Shown: positions 27,980-42,740, numbered from the whole stretch's first letter. The stretch: DNA of 63,627 nt, filler included, from Sluysia triapertura (GCA_046118255.1; 4 parts of 4 records of this genome joined end to end with filler, not necessarily neighbours in it), one strand, 5' to 3'. Notes: generated by a model not told the origin, from the sequence alone. Made by a program: numbers and translations.

Positions 27980-28308
27980 ATGTTTACAAGATAAAATCGA
28001 AATCTTTGCCTATAATGATCGAATTGTACGTAATAATTATTATCCAGACAATTGTAAAATAAGTAGTTTAAGATATTTTCGATCCCTTACTAGGATATGG
28101 TTGGGATAATTTGGGAAATACTGAAAAATTTCAAGTTTATTCACATAATTATTCTAAATGTCTCTTTGAAGCCAATTATAAATATTTGGTACCTAATTAT
28201 GTAACTCTTATACCAGTTAAAGAAACAGGTTTAGATTTATTTGCAGATATTTTACATCACTTTCAAAGATATCAATCATTAAGTTCAAATTCAATATCAT
28301 TTAAATAA
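27980..28308 (+). CDS. Exon-like open frame of unknown protein (gene or pseudogene)
   Basis: After acceptor TTTTAG, about 109 open codons CLQDKIEIFAYNDR..SNSISFK*. The downstream piece (HRLQL..HYVRP) is paralogous to 22380-22600. Confidence 0.4.
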
Positions 28309-28993
28309 CCTTTCAAAGTTTAATCACATCATACTAAAAGTAGATCTATCCATTTCTTCAATTAGGGAATATAAAATTAAAGTTGCAAATGGACACCGGC
28401 TACAACTATTAACAAAGGAAAGCAAAATAAAATATATTCAAAAGATTGTGTTTACTCAATACAAATTAAGTAGCCTAATATTGATAAATTGATTTCCAAT
28501 TTAAATAAACATGTTTTCATTATGTGCGTCCAGAAACANNNNNNNNNNNNNNNNNNNNNNNNNNNNNNNNNNNNNNNNNNNNTTAATTAATTAANNNNNN
28601 NNNNNNNNNNNNNNNNNNNNNNNNNNNNNNNNNNNNNNTATATATATATTGGTTCATATATATTGTAGACCGGTTGGTAGGAAGCATTTTTGTTACGATT
28701 TATTACAAGGGAAGCTATATATAGTATACTTATAATTCACTAGATATAGAGGTTCATAGTAAATGAAAGAATTATAAAAGATCGAGAGACAATTCGAGTA
28801 TGAACTAGGTAGAGCGATTTCATAGGACCATTAAGGCTTTTTTATGTTCCATATCTATCAAAAATAGTCGATCCAGCGCGTTACTCAACTACTCAACACT
28901 TTCAAAACTTTAAGAACCTTCTCTATTTCATTTATACTATTAAGTGAGAATTTGTATAAAGATTTAATATTTAATTTAATGTTTACTTATGAG

Positions 28994-29060
28994 TTTATGT
29001 GAGTGCTCTATTATACGGGACTTACACACTTAAGGGCCGATACATAGATGTCAGCGTAAA
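28994..29060 (-). ncRNA. Structured RNA motif, copy A
   Basis: TCTAT..ATCGG-CCCTTAAGTGT-GTAAGT-CCCGT..ATAGA-GC-ACTCAC on the minus strand. Confidence 0.4.
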
Positions 29061-32000
29061 AGAGTATTGGAAGCTTTTAGATGTTAAAGAAAATTTGAAT
29101 TGGATTTTTGGTATTTTTAACGAGATTATAATTACTTATTTATGATCTAAAACGAACTTTGATTAACTATTTTAATGTAAAATAATGTTGCGTTTATTAT
29201 AGATAGTCAGAATTTTTATAAATTTATAACAATTTAAATTGAATATTACGAGAAATTAATAAACTAAGTCTCACTATTAATTTAATGATGATTTCTTTAT
29301 CGCAATATATATTTGGTAAATAATAATAAAATTTATAAAATAAAAATGTTAAATAATACAATAAAAATTATAATAATCAAGAAGTCAAAATTAATTAATT
29401 AATACAAATGTTAATAGATTATGCAAAATATTACTTCCAAAAATTTAAGTACAACTAATGCGATTGCTCAAAAATTATACAATTAATACAATTACACAAA
29501 TACAAATATAATGATTATGATTCTAAATTAATAATTCTAAAATACACAAACTAATATAAATTATTGAATTACAAAAATTTAATAATTATGAAATATATGA
29601 AATAACACTAAAACTTGTTAAATCCACACAATGTTTATATAAAGAGATAATTAAATTTGAATATCATTAATTGTAATAATAATGTTTCCCTTTTTTAGAT
29701 TGAATTTTATATTAGTGCTGTGGTTTTAATATCTTAACCTTACTCAAGCAGCAAAATGGAATAAAAGAGTTCGTCTACAATACACGACTTACTAATGGCG
29801 TGGCTGTAGATACTTGAGCTAATATAACGAAAATCTTTAGATAAAGCTAATTAAGATGCGTGATCTATTACTTAGTAATTTCAATAAAATATCTTGTCGA
29901 TTAAGTTAAGTAACTTGAGTATTGAGTATTTTATTATAGACTTATTTTACACTAAATATTAACGTATTAAAAAATTATTTATTTAAATATTTAATAATTC
30001 AAATGTTTTAATGACCAAATAAGAAATACGTTCATGTTTATTAGCTACAATAAATAATACTAAAACGACAGCGATACTAATGTAAAAAAATGAATGTCCA
30101 ATTATTAACAAAAATAAAAAGTATTATATCAAAATATAATTAGTTTAAGAATATAATCAAAATGATAATATATTTCAAAAGGACCTAGTGTACTTGAGGC
30201 TCAGTCAAAAAATTTAATTAGTTTATAATGATTTTATAACTGGTCTTAAGTACCAACGGAAATATGGATATTTTAAGTAGGATTTTATGTACTCTATTCG
30301 AGTACAACTATTATTCGCGATATAAATTATTATCCAAATTGATAAAATAGTCTGGAATGATCACTTGAGAGAAATATTTACTTCGTCCTTGTGTTAAAGT
30401 TGTGTTGTTTTTTATGCATAATATCTGTTTTTATACTAATCCGTGTTTAAAGACATTAAATTTTTTGATTTGGAAAAACAAATAATTTCTAGAATGTTCT
30501 TTATCTTTAATTCAATTTTTTAATTATAATTTTTGATATAATTTTTAGTGTAATTTTTAAATAATAATAATTTATATAATTTTGAACAATATTTTAATTT
30601 TTTACAAAATACATAAAACATAAAATATAAATAATAATAAAATGTAATAAAACATAATTGAATTTTATACAATTTTTTAAAATCAATTTTATATAACTTT
30701 ACATTAGTAACCAACTTTTACAGAAATTAAAAAAATCTTTTCGTTTATTTTATTTTGTAAAATTAAAACCTTATGAATATATAAACTAACTTAACACAAA
30801 AATTTATAAAAATAGAGTTTTTGCCTTCAAATTATCACTGTTTGTTTAACCACCAACAATTTATAATAATTTAAAAATTTATATTCACTGCACCGTGTAA
30901 GAAATCTTCAATGAATGAACTGTGTTGAATAATCAAATTTTAAACATTGAATTATGAAACGAATCGTCTTTAAAAATATCTTGCAAACACTTGTATGACT
31001 AATAATGATTGAAAATTGGTTGACTATTTATATATATTTTATCAAAATTAAGGTCATTTGACCTTATGACTAATGAACTTTATAAGTACTTATAAACTTA
31101 TAAGTACTTTAATGATAATTGTAATACTTTTTAATAATAATGCTTTTTATAATAATATTAATAATGATATACTTTAATGATATCCTCAGTGTAATCTTCA
31201 ATGTACTTTTCCAACGTGAATTCGTATATTAGGCTCATCCAATATAAACATAAGCAGAAGAACCTTATGTCCTTTATAAAGTCAATCAGCAAGATATTGT
31301 CAGCTAACGTTGAGAGTATAATTCACTTTAAACGCCCTAAACCCTTAATACAACCAAAACAATAATAATAATATTATTATTTTTATTATAAATCACACAA
31401 ATTCTTGTATCTCTTTAATATTAACATGATCTTTTAACTAATGATTTATTTGCCTTTTTTATCAAGTACTCATACTGAACACATTTGATACAGATTGGGT
31501 ATCAATTCAAAAATTCGGTTTGGCTACACTTAATATGAAAATGTCACAGAAATATCAGACACAATAATAGAATATACTTATAAAGAATAGATATTTTGTG
31601 TTAGTGTGTTAGTTTTATTTAACATCAAGTTAATACTTTCAATCTTGGAGGAATGTCCTATAACTTTAATAGCCTTAATAGCCTTTAAGAAATAATAAAA
31701 AATAATTACAATTGTAACTAAAAAATTTTTGGGAAGATTATTCTAGAGTCGAAGTCAATGTAGACAAAAGGCATGGAAGCAATAACCAAAAGATAATGAA
31801 ATGTATACATGTGAAAGATTTCATAGGTGAATGAAGGATTCGTAAAAGTGAATCAAATGCAATGCAATAATGAATGTTAATCGCTATTTAAAAATACGAG
31901 CTCTTTGTATTAAGGAAGTATTTCCAGTTTTAACTCATGTTGTTTGACCTTCTCTATTTTCTAACTGTGTGTGGGGAGTTCTAATGCATGTTTCTTGCAT

Positions 32001-35000
32001 TCTATTTATTATTTTATTTTCTTTACTTTTCGATTCAGGATAATTTGAGATGCTCATTTTAAATATTATTCTTTTATATTTACGAAGATATTTTAGATTT
32101 ATTTTATTTAAATGTTTAATATTATTTTAAAATTATTTTAGGCATTTTACATATTATTCTGCATTACAGTTTACTATAAAAATAAGAATTTAATTTAAAC
32201 CCCACATCTAACGTTAAAATATATATACTTTAAAATATTCCAAATTTTAGACTGTATTTGAGGATTGTGAACCAGAGCTTGTATTGACTCCCAGTATATT
32301 GCGGTGGACCTATGAAAATTGTCTAGTTTATATTCTGTCATTATATCTCGACCAACTGCAATGTCATAAGTCTAAATTATAAATGTAATGCTTAAATTAT
32401 TTCCTTAAAAATAAAAATTAAAAATTAAAATATTAATTTAAATTAAATAAATATAAAACTAAATTAAATTAATGAGTATTGTAACTTATTAAAAATATAA
32501 ATTTTAATATAACCTTATACATGTACTGGTACATTAGTTTTCAAAAAAAGTTTGCTAAAAGTGACAAGAAATATGCACAATATTTTTTGAAATTGTTTTA
32601 AATATTAAATTAATTACTGCGGTGGTTCAACTCTTCACGCAAAACTTTATTAATGTTCACCACATAAAATATACTATCATCAGAACAAAGTAAATCTTAA
32701 AATTTTAATCTTTTAAGCATTGTTATATCAAAACTTTAAATCTAAAATCCTATATCACAATTTTAACATAATTTTCACACAAATAAACTAAATTCTGATA
32801 ATGAAATTTCAAATAAAAAACTATTCCATTATTCAATTACTTTTGTCTGTTCTTAGTTTCTCTGTACATATTCTAGAGATTTAAAGCAATTTTGTTAACG
32901 TTATAACGAAAACAGCCTCCTCCATACTACAGTAATACTTCATATTACACCTAACACAAAAAATAAAAAATTACAAGTACATCCGAAACAGGTACTTAAA
33001 CTGATATCAATGCCTGACAAGAGCTTCTTTTTGAGTGGTAAACATTTCAACTATCACCACGTAAACTCGACTAGATAACAAATGGAAGTCAGAAATTCTT
33101 TTTGCAATTGTGCTTAATTGCAAATAAACATCAGAAGGAATTATCATGAAGAAAAATAATTTACGACATCTTAATAAATCAAGGAAAGAGTTTTATCAGA
33201 ACTGTGCTATAGTCTGCAAGTAAAGTTGTAGATCTATACTTTGAAACAAACATGAAATATTACTCTAAGATCAACAAAATATTAGATCAAGTAAAAATCT
33301 AGTTGATAACAAGTAAATTATTGTAAAAAAACACTACCAAACTCAAAATCACCGAGAAAAAAAGAATTTAACTGAAAAGAACTAAGATTTATTGAAGCAT
33401 CATAAACATGGTGAAGCAGGACACAAATTATGCCAATGCAAGAAATTTTACATTTTAAACGAAAACATATTTAGAACAACGATTAATACTGAAAGATACA
33501 AAGATTGTAAATCTATTTGAGAGTCATCCAATGGTTGAAGGAATAATAAAAAACAAGGAAACCTCAGAAAACTCAGAAATCCCAGAAAAAGAAAACAACA
33601 AACCCAAAATAATTGAAATGAAATAAAAAAAAGAAAAAATATCTCAATCTTACCTATCAGAAAACAGATAAAATAAATTAGAAAAACATCAAGTACGGAA
33701 AAGAACAACATTGTTTGAAGATGTTGAAAACAACTATTTATGAAGAAACATTTTAAGACGATCGGATTATTAATTATTAAAGCCTAACACTGTGAATATT
33801 ATCAATCATTTAAGGCAGACTATTAAAGAAAAATTTCAACAACGTGAAGAATCAGTATTCATAGCAAAACGTTTGCGAATGAAATGTCACAAAATCAATG
33901 TCACGAACAAGAAAGAGATATTTAAAAAAAGATTACACAAAAACAAACCGAAAGTATTACAAATAACTTAGACATTGCAATTAATAATTTTGAATCAGAA
34001 AAGAAAATGCGATCAGTTTTAGAAAATTTATTCCAAAAAGCATCATTTCGAATTAATTAAGAAAAAAGTGACATTAATTATTAAACTAATAATGACAGAT
34101 TAGTCGTATCTTACTAAAATAGGAGAATACGAAAAGAAAATATATGAACAATTTTATCTATTAACATAAAAGGATCGAAATCGGAATGCAAAATTGGACG
34201 TATTTGGTGCCATGGTATGTGTCAGTAAGCAAGAGGAAGTAGTAGAAACATTGACTCATTATTGTAAAAAAACAAGTAGATAAAGAAAATAGGGCAAGAA
34301 GGACAATACTGCACATCCTGTTATAAAAAAGCGCTTAACAGATTGTATAGAGGAGAAACGTCTTTTACCAATTGATAATTATATCGCGATATTAAATTAA
34401 GAAAATCAAATTTCCAGTCAAGATACAAGGCAATCTCACAACAAAAATGAACAGAAAAAATACAATATCTATAAAGGATTGAGATGAACTTAATGAATAT
34501 TTTGATTCTGAAATTAACCATACAGATATTAATACTTTTTGCTACGACTACCACAGTTATGCCTACAGAAACTCTTCAAAAAGGTTCATTTTATGCTACT
34601 ACATTTCATCCATTCTGCTCGCTACCAGTTTCTGTAAAACATCAAATAGAAAAGAAAGAGTGGTACAGTCTACAAGCACGAATGTGAAATTAAAAACGAA
34701 AGACGAGAGGCTGAAAGATAATTTTGTTGGAGATGATGAAGAATATATTGATAATGGAGNNNNNNNNNNNNNNNNNNNNNNNNNNNNNNNNNNNNNNNNN
34801 NNNNNNNNNNNNNNNNNNNNNNNNNNNNNNNNNNNNNNNNNNNNNNNNNNNNNNNNNNNNNNNNNNNNNNNNNNNNNNNNNNNNNNNNNNNNNNNATTGT
34901 CAACGTGGCTGCCAAAAAATTAATGTAATTATGTCATGATCCAATCAAATGCGATTGGCTACCTCACTGGATGTTTATGTATAAAATTATCAAGAAAAGT

Positions 35001-36919
35001 GTTGAGACATATGCACAACCATTAAATAGAATAAACTAGAATGTATTATAAGCTGTGTACAAACGTACATGAATGAACTATCCAATTAATTTAAAGCATA
35101 ATATACAAAGATAATTAAAAGTATTAATCACAAATAATTTTGATCTAACCAGACAAAATAAAAAGAGTACAATTAAATTTAATAAAATGTTTTTAGAATA
35201 TGGAAGACAATAAAATTGCCTAATATCTTGATGTTTGAAAAATAGTTAATCATATTTATGCAATTATGCTCATTTTCTGTAATCATCCAAGATCGAATAA
35301 AATGAAATTACAAGTTGACAAATTCAAATCAGACCAATTATTACTACTACGAGAAATACTACAAACTAATAAAATTCATGGCCGTTTGAAACTTAACTCA
35401 AACATGAATAACTGAGTTATCTTGCGCGATAAAGACGAAACGGTTCAGTCAAAATTAATTAACTGCAATTCAGATATTTATGCAAACTTTAAATACGACA
35501 AGTTTATAAAGTACGATGAGTTCTATATAGATATGATCATTAAATCAATAAATTAAACGTCTACTGAACTAAGAAATGTTATGAATACAACGTTATTCTT
35601 AAAATAAATATAACGAGTTTAATGTCTTCTAGCTATACATTGAGTCTAAAGACAAATTAAATGCAATATACAATGAATTTGATTTGAATCAAACACGAAG
35701 AAGAAATCCTTAATCCACACACGAACTTTGATAAATTAAATATAAAATTAAACAAAAGCACAAAAAAATTGAAGGATAATCTTAACATAATACATGATGA
35801 ATTAAGTTATGAATTTAAGGTAAATTATGATCAATCAAACTTAAATATGAGTCCAGTGATGGGTTAGATTCTAAACTAAATATTAAGTGTGATGAATTAA
35901 ACTTAAAAACAAAGCGTCGAATAACAAGTTAAAAACGAAGCATCAACGGTTGAACTTTGCATAAACTACAATGAATTTTGCGATGATCTACGTATAAAAA
36001 CTAATATCAAGTATGATGAATCGTACATTTACAAGAACATAAATTACCAAGATTTGAATTTCAAGTTAAATACAGACAATAACATCAATTCGAACAAAAA
36101 AGAAAAAGAACTCGGCTTTTAATCCAGTATAAAACATTATATGTTATACCTGAATCAGATCACAAAGTACGAAGAACTTAACATCAACACAAATACGAAT
36201 TGTTACGACATTAATACTGAATTGAATATCGTGTTTTGTGTAACTTTATTTGTTTTAGATTTATACTGCGTAATTTTATAGATGCATATGGTTTTACGTT
36301 GACAGAATTCTTATTGCATTTGAGGTGTTGATTAGTGGGGTAATTTAAGTGGGTTAAGAAATGAGGAATATGGTTTGTTGAAATTAGAAGTATAGATAAT
36401 GCAGTATTGGTCAGGGTGAGATGCAATCATAAGCATGAATGCTTCGAAAGATATAGGTTTACCGTTGTTGATATCAGGATTATATGTATTTGTTTGGGCA
36501 AAAGATGATTGTAAAAGGAGATTTATATCTATAACGTTAGGTTCTATCATTTGCACACATTAAACTCAAATTAAGAAACTTATGGTTCATGTAACTACAA
36601 TACAAATTTTTTTATATTATAATTTATTTGACTTATCCGAGTGTTATAAAGTTGAACAAAATCTATCGATTATATCTATTGATTATCAAAAAATTAAAAA
36701 TAAGTTTAACCGTTTTTAAAAATATACGTTCGTAAAATATTACTTAAAATATTATCGTCATAAAAATTTTAAATTCTAAGGCAGTTAAAAGCCGTATTTA
36801 AACTATCACAAAGGAAAGTCGAATAATACATTATTTGATTTCTAAATTTTAACTGCTATTACAGAAACGAAATTTTTTAAAACATTAACTAAAAATCTCC
36901 ATTAATATTTTATTCTTAT

Positions 36920-36975
36920 TAATACCTATGGACTAGCCCTTAAGTGCGTAAGCCTGGAATCGTAGGGGACTCGCT
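36920..36975 (+). ncRNA. Structured RNA motif, copy B
   Basis: CCTATG-G-ACTAG-CCCTTAAGTGC-GTAAGC-CTGGA-AT-CGTAGG-GG-ACTCGC. Confidence 0.5.
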
Positions 36976-37739
36976 TTTTTCATTAAATTTCATAAGAAAA
37001 ATCTAGCAATACGATTTGGTTTTACTTATAGCACTAGATGTTTTAATAGTCGGTTTGGCATTGTGAATAGGTGAAGTAGTTATTTTATTTTCTATCTTAG
37101 TTGTAGTTGAACCAAAAATTGAAAATAGTCTTTTAAGTGGACATAATTGATATTGTAGGTTTTGCAGATTTGGTTTACCAGTAAGAGTTTACAAACTGAA
37201 AAAAATAAAATAAAAAGCTTAAGAAGGATAAGAAAATTAAGAAGGATTTGAGTTGAATTTATGGAAAATCCATTATGATTTTGCTTTATTTCAAATGTGT
37301 TACTTTTAAGAGTTTTATATGCTAAATGTTTAGCTGTTTTAAGGTTTGTACAAATGTGACATTGTTGTGAGTGTGATGTTTTGTTTATTTGTTTATGAAT
37401 GAAATTTTAAATGAAAAGGTTGAATCACATGTATTGTACAAATATTAAAATAGAAAAACTAATAGTTCGTATTATTAAAACCTTATTTCTGCACAATTGT
37501 TACTATAATTTTGATAATAAATTTGTACGTTGATGTTTATTTTCTTTTTGCTTAATTCAACTTCCCGATAATATTATTGATTTTAAATTTTGAAACTAAG
37601 ATGAATATTTCATTGAGTTATAATAGTCTTGACAGAATCCACAGTGATAATAAGCTAAGTATTAGGTTGTATACCGTTTATATATACAACCAGTTATTAG
37701 AGAATGTCAAATTACTGGAAGATTATGAAATATTTAAGA

Positions 37740-37765
37740 TTATTACTATATTATTATTATTATTA

Positions 37766-37811
<46 letters not shown>

Positions 37812-37826
37812 TACTATGTTGCTATA
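37740..37826. repeat. (ATT)n microsatellite running into a gap
   Basis: Directly visible. Confidence 0.9.
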
Positions 37827-38935
37827 NNNNNNNNNNNNNNNNNNNNNNNNNNNNNNNNNNNNNNNNNNNNNNNNNNNNNNNNNNNNNNNNNNNNNNNNNN
37901 NNNNNNNNNNNNNNNNNNNNNNNNNNNNNNNNNNNNNNNNNNNNNNNNNNNNNNNNNNNTTACTAACATTAAAACAAGTCTTAGATAGAAGTTAATAAAA
38001 TTTTAAAATTTTAAATTTTTTAAAGCATATGTGATAGGAAGAAAAATGAAATATTTAAATAATTGTGGAACTAACTTTATTTTCGACATTGTCTAAGCAA
38101 GTCTTTAAATTTTGTGAATAATAAATTCTGAATCTAAATTTTATAAATAATTTGATAATTTATCCAATATAAAAGAAAAAAAATTATATTATAATTATAT
38201 AGTAATAATAATAATTATACAATTGTTACTAGATGGACATTATTATTTATTTATATATTGTACGGAAGCCAATCAAAATTAAACAATCTATTCAATATAT
38301 CTCAAATTGTTTATATTATTTATATTATTAATTGTTTTATATGGAATAATAAAGTTGTTTTGAGAAAAAAATCATTAACATTTATTATCTAAATTAATTA
38401 AGAGGTTTTTAAAATTTTATGATTTTCAGGTCGTGAATATTTCGGATGCGTATTAAAAATTTTATTTTGTTTAAACTGCCTAAAAAATGCCATTTTATGA
38501 ATGATAGTCTAAATTTGTTTAAATAATTAGCATATATTTGGTTTATTATTGTTGTGTATTTATTTAAAATTATTAACAATAAGATGATTAATGTTGCTGA
38601 TGTAGTAATAACAAAAATAAGAATTTAATAACAATAATTATAATAGAACAATAATAATAATAATTGAATATTTATTTACTTGATTGTTTCTTGATTACTT
38701 AAAATTAAGACAATTTTAATTAAGTTAGAAATTATTTATATATAAAACATAATTAACTAAATAAATTTTTTTAACTTTTAAATAAATTTTAAATTTTAAA
38801 TAAATTTTAACTTTTAATTATTTGTGTTTTGTTAATCGTAAATTTTTAGAAATTGATTATTAAATAAATAAATACATAAAACATATATTCAAAAACACAA
38901 CGAACAGAACATCATTATCATTAACGATAAGAGTT

Positions 38936-40713
38936 TGTGGTGTTCAACACTTTCCAGACTTCTTTCTTTCTCATCGCATGCATACACGTCATACTCAAAC
39001 ATACACTCAAATTCAGCTTATTAAACGAACATGAAATTACGACAGTTGAAACCAAAATTCATAGGCTATGAGACTTAAAATAATAATTCACAGCTAAAAT
39101 TTTAACTCTACGTAGACTCAATAGTATATACTAGGAAGTTAGGCATGCGTCACACGCTTTGTTAGTAGTGAAATTGTGTCACTGTCATTGACCTACTTTT
39201 GTTGCGGATAAATCGCTACTCCGGTATAACATGCCGTTGTGAGATTGTACTATATCATTATTGTTTTTACCGGGATCGCGATTTTGGTGTGGTCCAGTTC
39301 TGATTTTTCGCGATTTATTATTAATATTGTTAATATTAGTGTTATTATCGTTATTTTTCAAATTACATTTTTTAAACGTTTCAGAATTCGGTCAGTAAAT
39401 GATTTCATTATTGTCAAGGTAGTTATAAAATTCCAAATTTTAATGATACATCCGGAATTAAACGAAGAATCATTTATAATTTAATATATTGTCAAGTTAA
39501 TTATTTCCTTATTTTATTAACATCTCTGGTGATTACACAGATATTCTATCCGTTTTTCTACTGGGTTTTTCTAATTCATAGTATATTATAGTATAGTATA
39601 TTAATTTTGCTATTTTTGTATGAATAAACAATTTTCAATATATTATTATTATTTTTATTTTATTCTTACTTTGGTATTATTACGTTTGATGGATATGTTA
39701 CAACTGTAAGTTTATTTACAAAAGGTTTTATTTTTAATAAAATCGTAATTAAAACTTTCTTCATTGTATTCTTTACATGGTCATTTAAATTTTCATTATA
39801 AATTTGATTAACAATAAAAGATATACCAACTAAAAATATTTATTATTACAATGAAGAATTAAAATTTTTATATCTGGACGTCTACTTCTGCATGACCCAC
39901 TACCTGAATAAAATTTAATAAAATCATCATCATTATCAAAAATTAAGTTAAATTTTACCTTATTAGAATATACACTATGATGGTTTGTTATAAAGTTAGA
40001 AGTCGCCAACTTGATGCTTTTAATTAGTTTCATGATTTGCCCATTATTCATGCCGTGTACATATTTTCATTTATCTCCATATTTTGAGCAAACTCCTAAA
40101 TCAGTTGAAGAAAATGACAGAAAGCGATGTCACAGATTGCAGGATTCATTTTTATCTTAACATTCTTGTACTTGTCTTGGTAAAAAGAATCGACTTTATA
40201 ATCTTTATCATACATATCTAATTTATGTTCATTGTTAACGACATTAAAGCGTTGGATGATCTTTAAATTTATAACTTCTTTGTTCATATTATCTTGACCA
40301 CAGTTAATGCTTTTCTGATGATCAAGAATCGAACTAATGTAATTCTTATAACAATTATAAAAATTATCAAATTTAATTTCTTTATAAACTTTTAAAATCG
40401 TATCATTATATGATGAATTCACAATAAATATAGTTTTGTTTAGAACAGGTTCTAGAAACATACTAATATTGTTTAAATACTTACTGCCTTCAACATTACA
40501 ATGCATTTCATTGTAACAGTCAAAATAACGATTAACACAGTTATTATTTTTCAAGAAAAGATATCCATAGTTATCTTGATGGCTTTCTGGTTATAAGTTG
40601 ATGGTATTTTATTATGAATTGTAGATTTTCGATGTATTAAGAAATAAATTTTTGCTGTGTAAATTTATAAGGTTTCAATATATTTTGTTAAGGTTATGAG
40701 TTTGGCCACCACA
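38936..40713. mobile_element. TG...CA-ended element with inward-facing termini and ORF cargo
   Basis: TGTGGTGTTCAAC at left and GTTTGGCCACCACA at right enclose broken minus-strand ORFs 39830-40554. No TSD found. Confidence 0.45.
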
Positions 40714-40842
40714 CTTACTATCATTAATATTATTTTATTTTTTTATTACTATTATTATTTTTTGACTATTTTTATAATTGCAATTGTTAACAATGTGGTG
40801 AAAATTTTTTTAGTTTGAATATTAAACGTCTTACTACTAAAA

Positions 40843-42330
40843 ATGAAAAATTTCAAAGTATTAGCTGTTAACACTGTGATAACAAGACCTTGTTTAGCTG
40901 AACACTCCTGCAGATAGGATAATTGTTGTGAACAAAAGTGATGGTGTTATAAATTTTTATGAAATAAATTTGAAAGCGTTTATCAGATTAGATTTTACTT
41001 TTATAAATCATTATTTTTCGAAATTTGACATGAACAATCGAGAAAACGTATATGATTTTTACACGCCAGAATCATCTTTAACAATCTCAACTTATAGAGA
41101 AGTGCCATTTTGAAAGACGTAGGTAATGTGAATAAAGATGACAGTGAAAGAAACTCGTTCACTGATTTATGTCTACAGGAAATTGAAATTTAAATTTAAA
41201 TATTCCCGAGAACCACATTTTTATAGATATTGGCCAATGGCCAAGATACATGACAGACAAAGAAGTTGATGCTTATTTTAGTGCTAAACCTCTTAATGAA
41301 ATTAAATCTAAAATTGGAAAATCTAAATCGAGTCAGTGGCTGAAACATGCCGAAAATTTAGAAATCTATCAAAATGAACATTCGAATTATTTTAAATTTA
41401 GTGCTTCAATGTATGATAAATGTATGAAAAATGAGATAGTGGAATTAATCGAACTATCACTTTCAAGCGAAAATAGTTTAAATATTAAAGAATATAAAGT
41501 ATATTTAGGTGCTAATGAAGAAGAAGTTATGCCAGTGTTCAATAATCCAGTTACCGTTTGTCCTACTGAAACTAGGAAAGTTTCTGAATTTGTTGGATTA
41601 GTTTGTTGGAAATATGCTAACGAAATTCGAAATCCACGGATTTCTTTTGATTCTAGTTTTGTTATTCTATCCCATATAAGTCGCATGGGCCTGGATATTG
41701 TTGAAAATAATGATGTTAACCAATCAAAAAAATTCAGAAATAAGCATCATATATTAGAACAAACTGAAACAGTTTCTCTGAAATTGGGCGTGGTGTTTGA
41801 TGAAGTGCATTTGGCTCATGATGTTTTTCATTTTGCACTTAGGCCTTCCATTGCATTGGAGCAAGTTGTTGAGGCTGTTATTGAAGAACGAAATTGTTTA
41901 AAAAGTATCGACCGATATACATGTTCCCTAAAATAGATAAATAATGAAAATAGAAGTATTGATGAATCAGCCTTACTATCGAATTCTAAAGATTACAGAT
42001 TTTCAGTTGTAAGTGATAAAAGAAATAGAAATATGCAATCGAAGCTCTACACGGGTAAAAAATTTAAAATCAAAATCTCTCCAAGTGCAAAGTTTTTACT
42101 ACGCCGTCGACTCGGTGTCACCAGAACTCGCAATCCGGCTAGAATTGATCGATGTTACGGTAATATTGTGTAATTGTTTTATTATATTAATATTCTTACG
42201 GGCTATTCAAGAAGAGGTCTGGGTAGGTCAACGCACGGTACAACAATATTTATTCTAATGTAAAAGCACTTTCTTATAGACGGCAATCTTAATATTATGA
42301 ATTTTGATGAATACATTTTTAGCTTAATGT
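40843..42330 (+). pseudogene. MAPKAP1: SIN1/MAPKAP1 (TORC2 subunit)-like degenerate copy
   Basis: YFKFSAS..KVYL..PVTVCPTETRKVSEFVGLVCWKYANEIRNPRI matches the SIN1 CRIM domain ([33 protein letters not shown]). The AEDDGEVDxDFP block is absent, and flanking parts contain stops and frameshifts. Confidence 0.6.
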
Positions 42331-42574
42331 TAATTTTGTTAAGTATTTTATTAAAAAGTGCCTTAAGCGCAAGTCTTTAAATTTAAGCAATTTAATTCTT
42401 TTAACTCGACCACATAGTGTAACAAACTGACATTCGTCAACTTATTAGATGCATTTCTGTCGATTTTCAATTTATTATCTAGCAATTATCCAAATATAAT
42501 GGGATTTGTGATAATCAGTCCTTTTATCATATTAACATAACAGAATCAAAATTTAACGTGATTATCGTATTAAT

Positions 42575-42740
42575 TGTGGTGGCTCAACCCTTTACCTACG
42601 ATTGTATTATATCACAAACAATACAAATACACACGAAACCTCATCTTGAACACATATTAAAACATACTCTAACGTATACCATTACACAACACCACATTAA
42701 TTCTCATATTTCCATTACCAAATATTTAATACTAGTCTTA
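42575..42740 (+). repeat. Truncated TG-terminus arm, paralog of 44409-44560
   Basis: Both share TGGTGG.T.AACCCTTT.CCTACGATT.TATTA..ACACGAAACCTCATCTTGAACAC. Confidence 0.8.
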
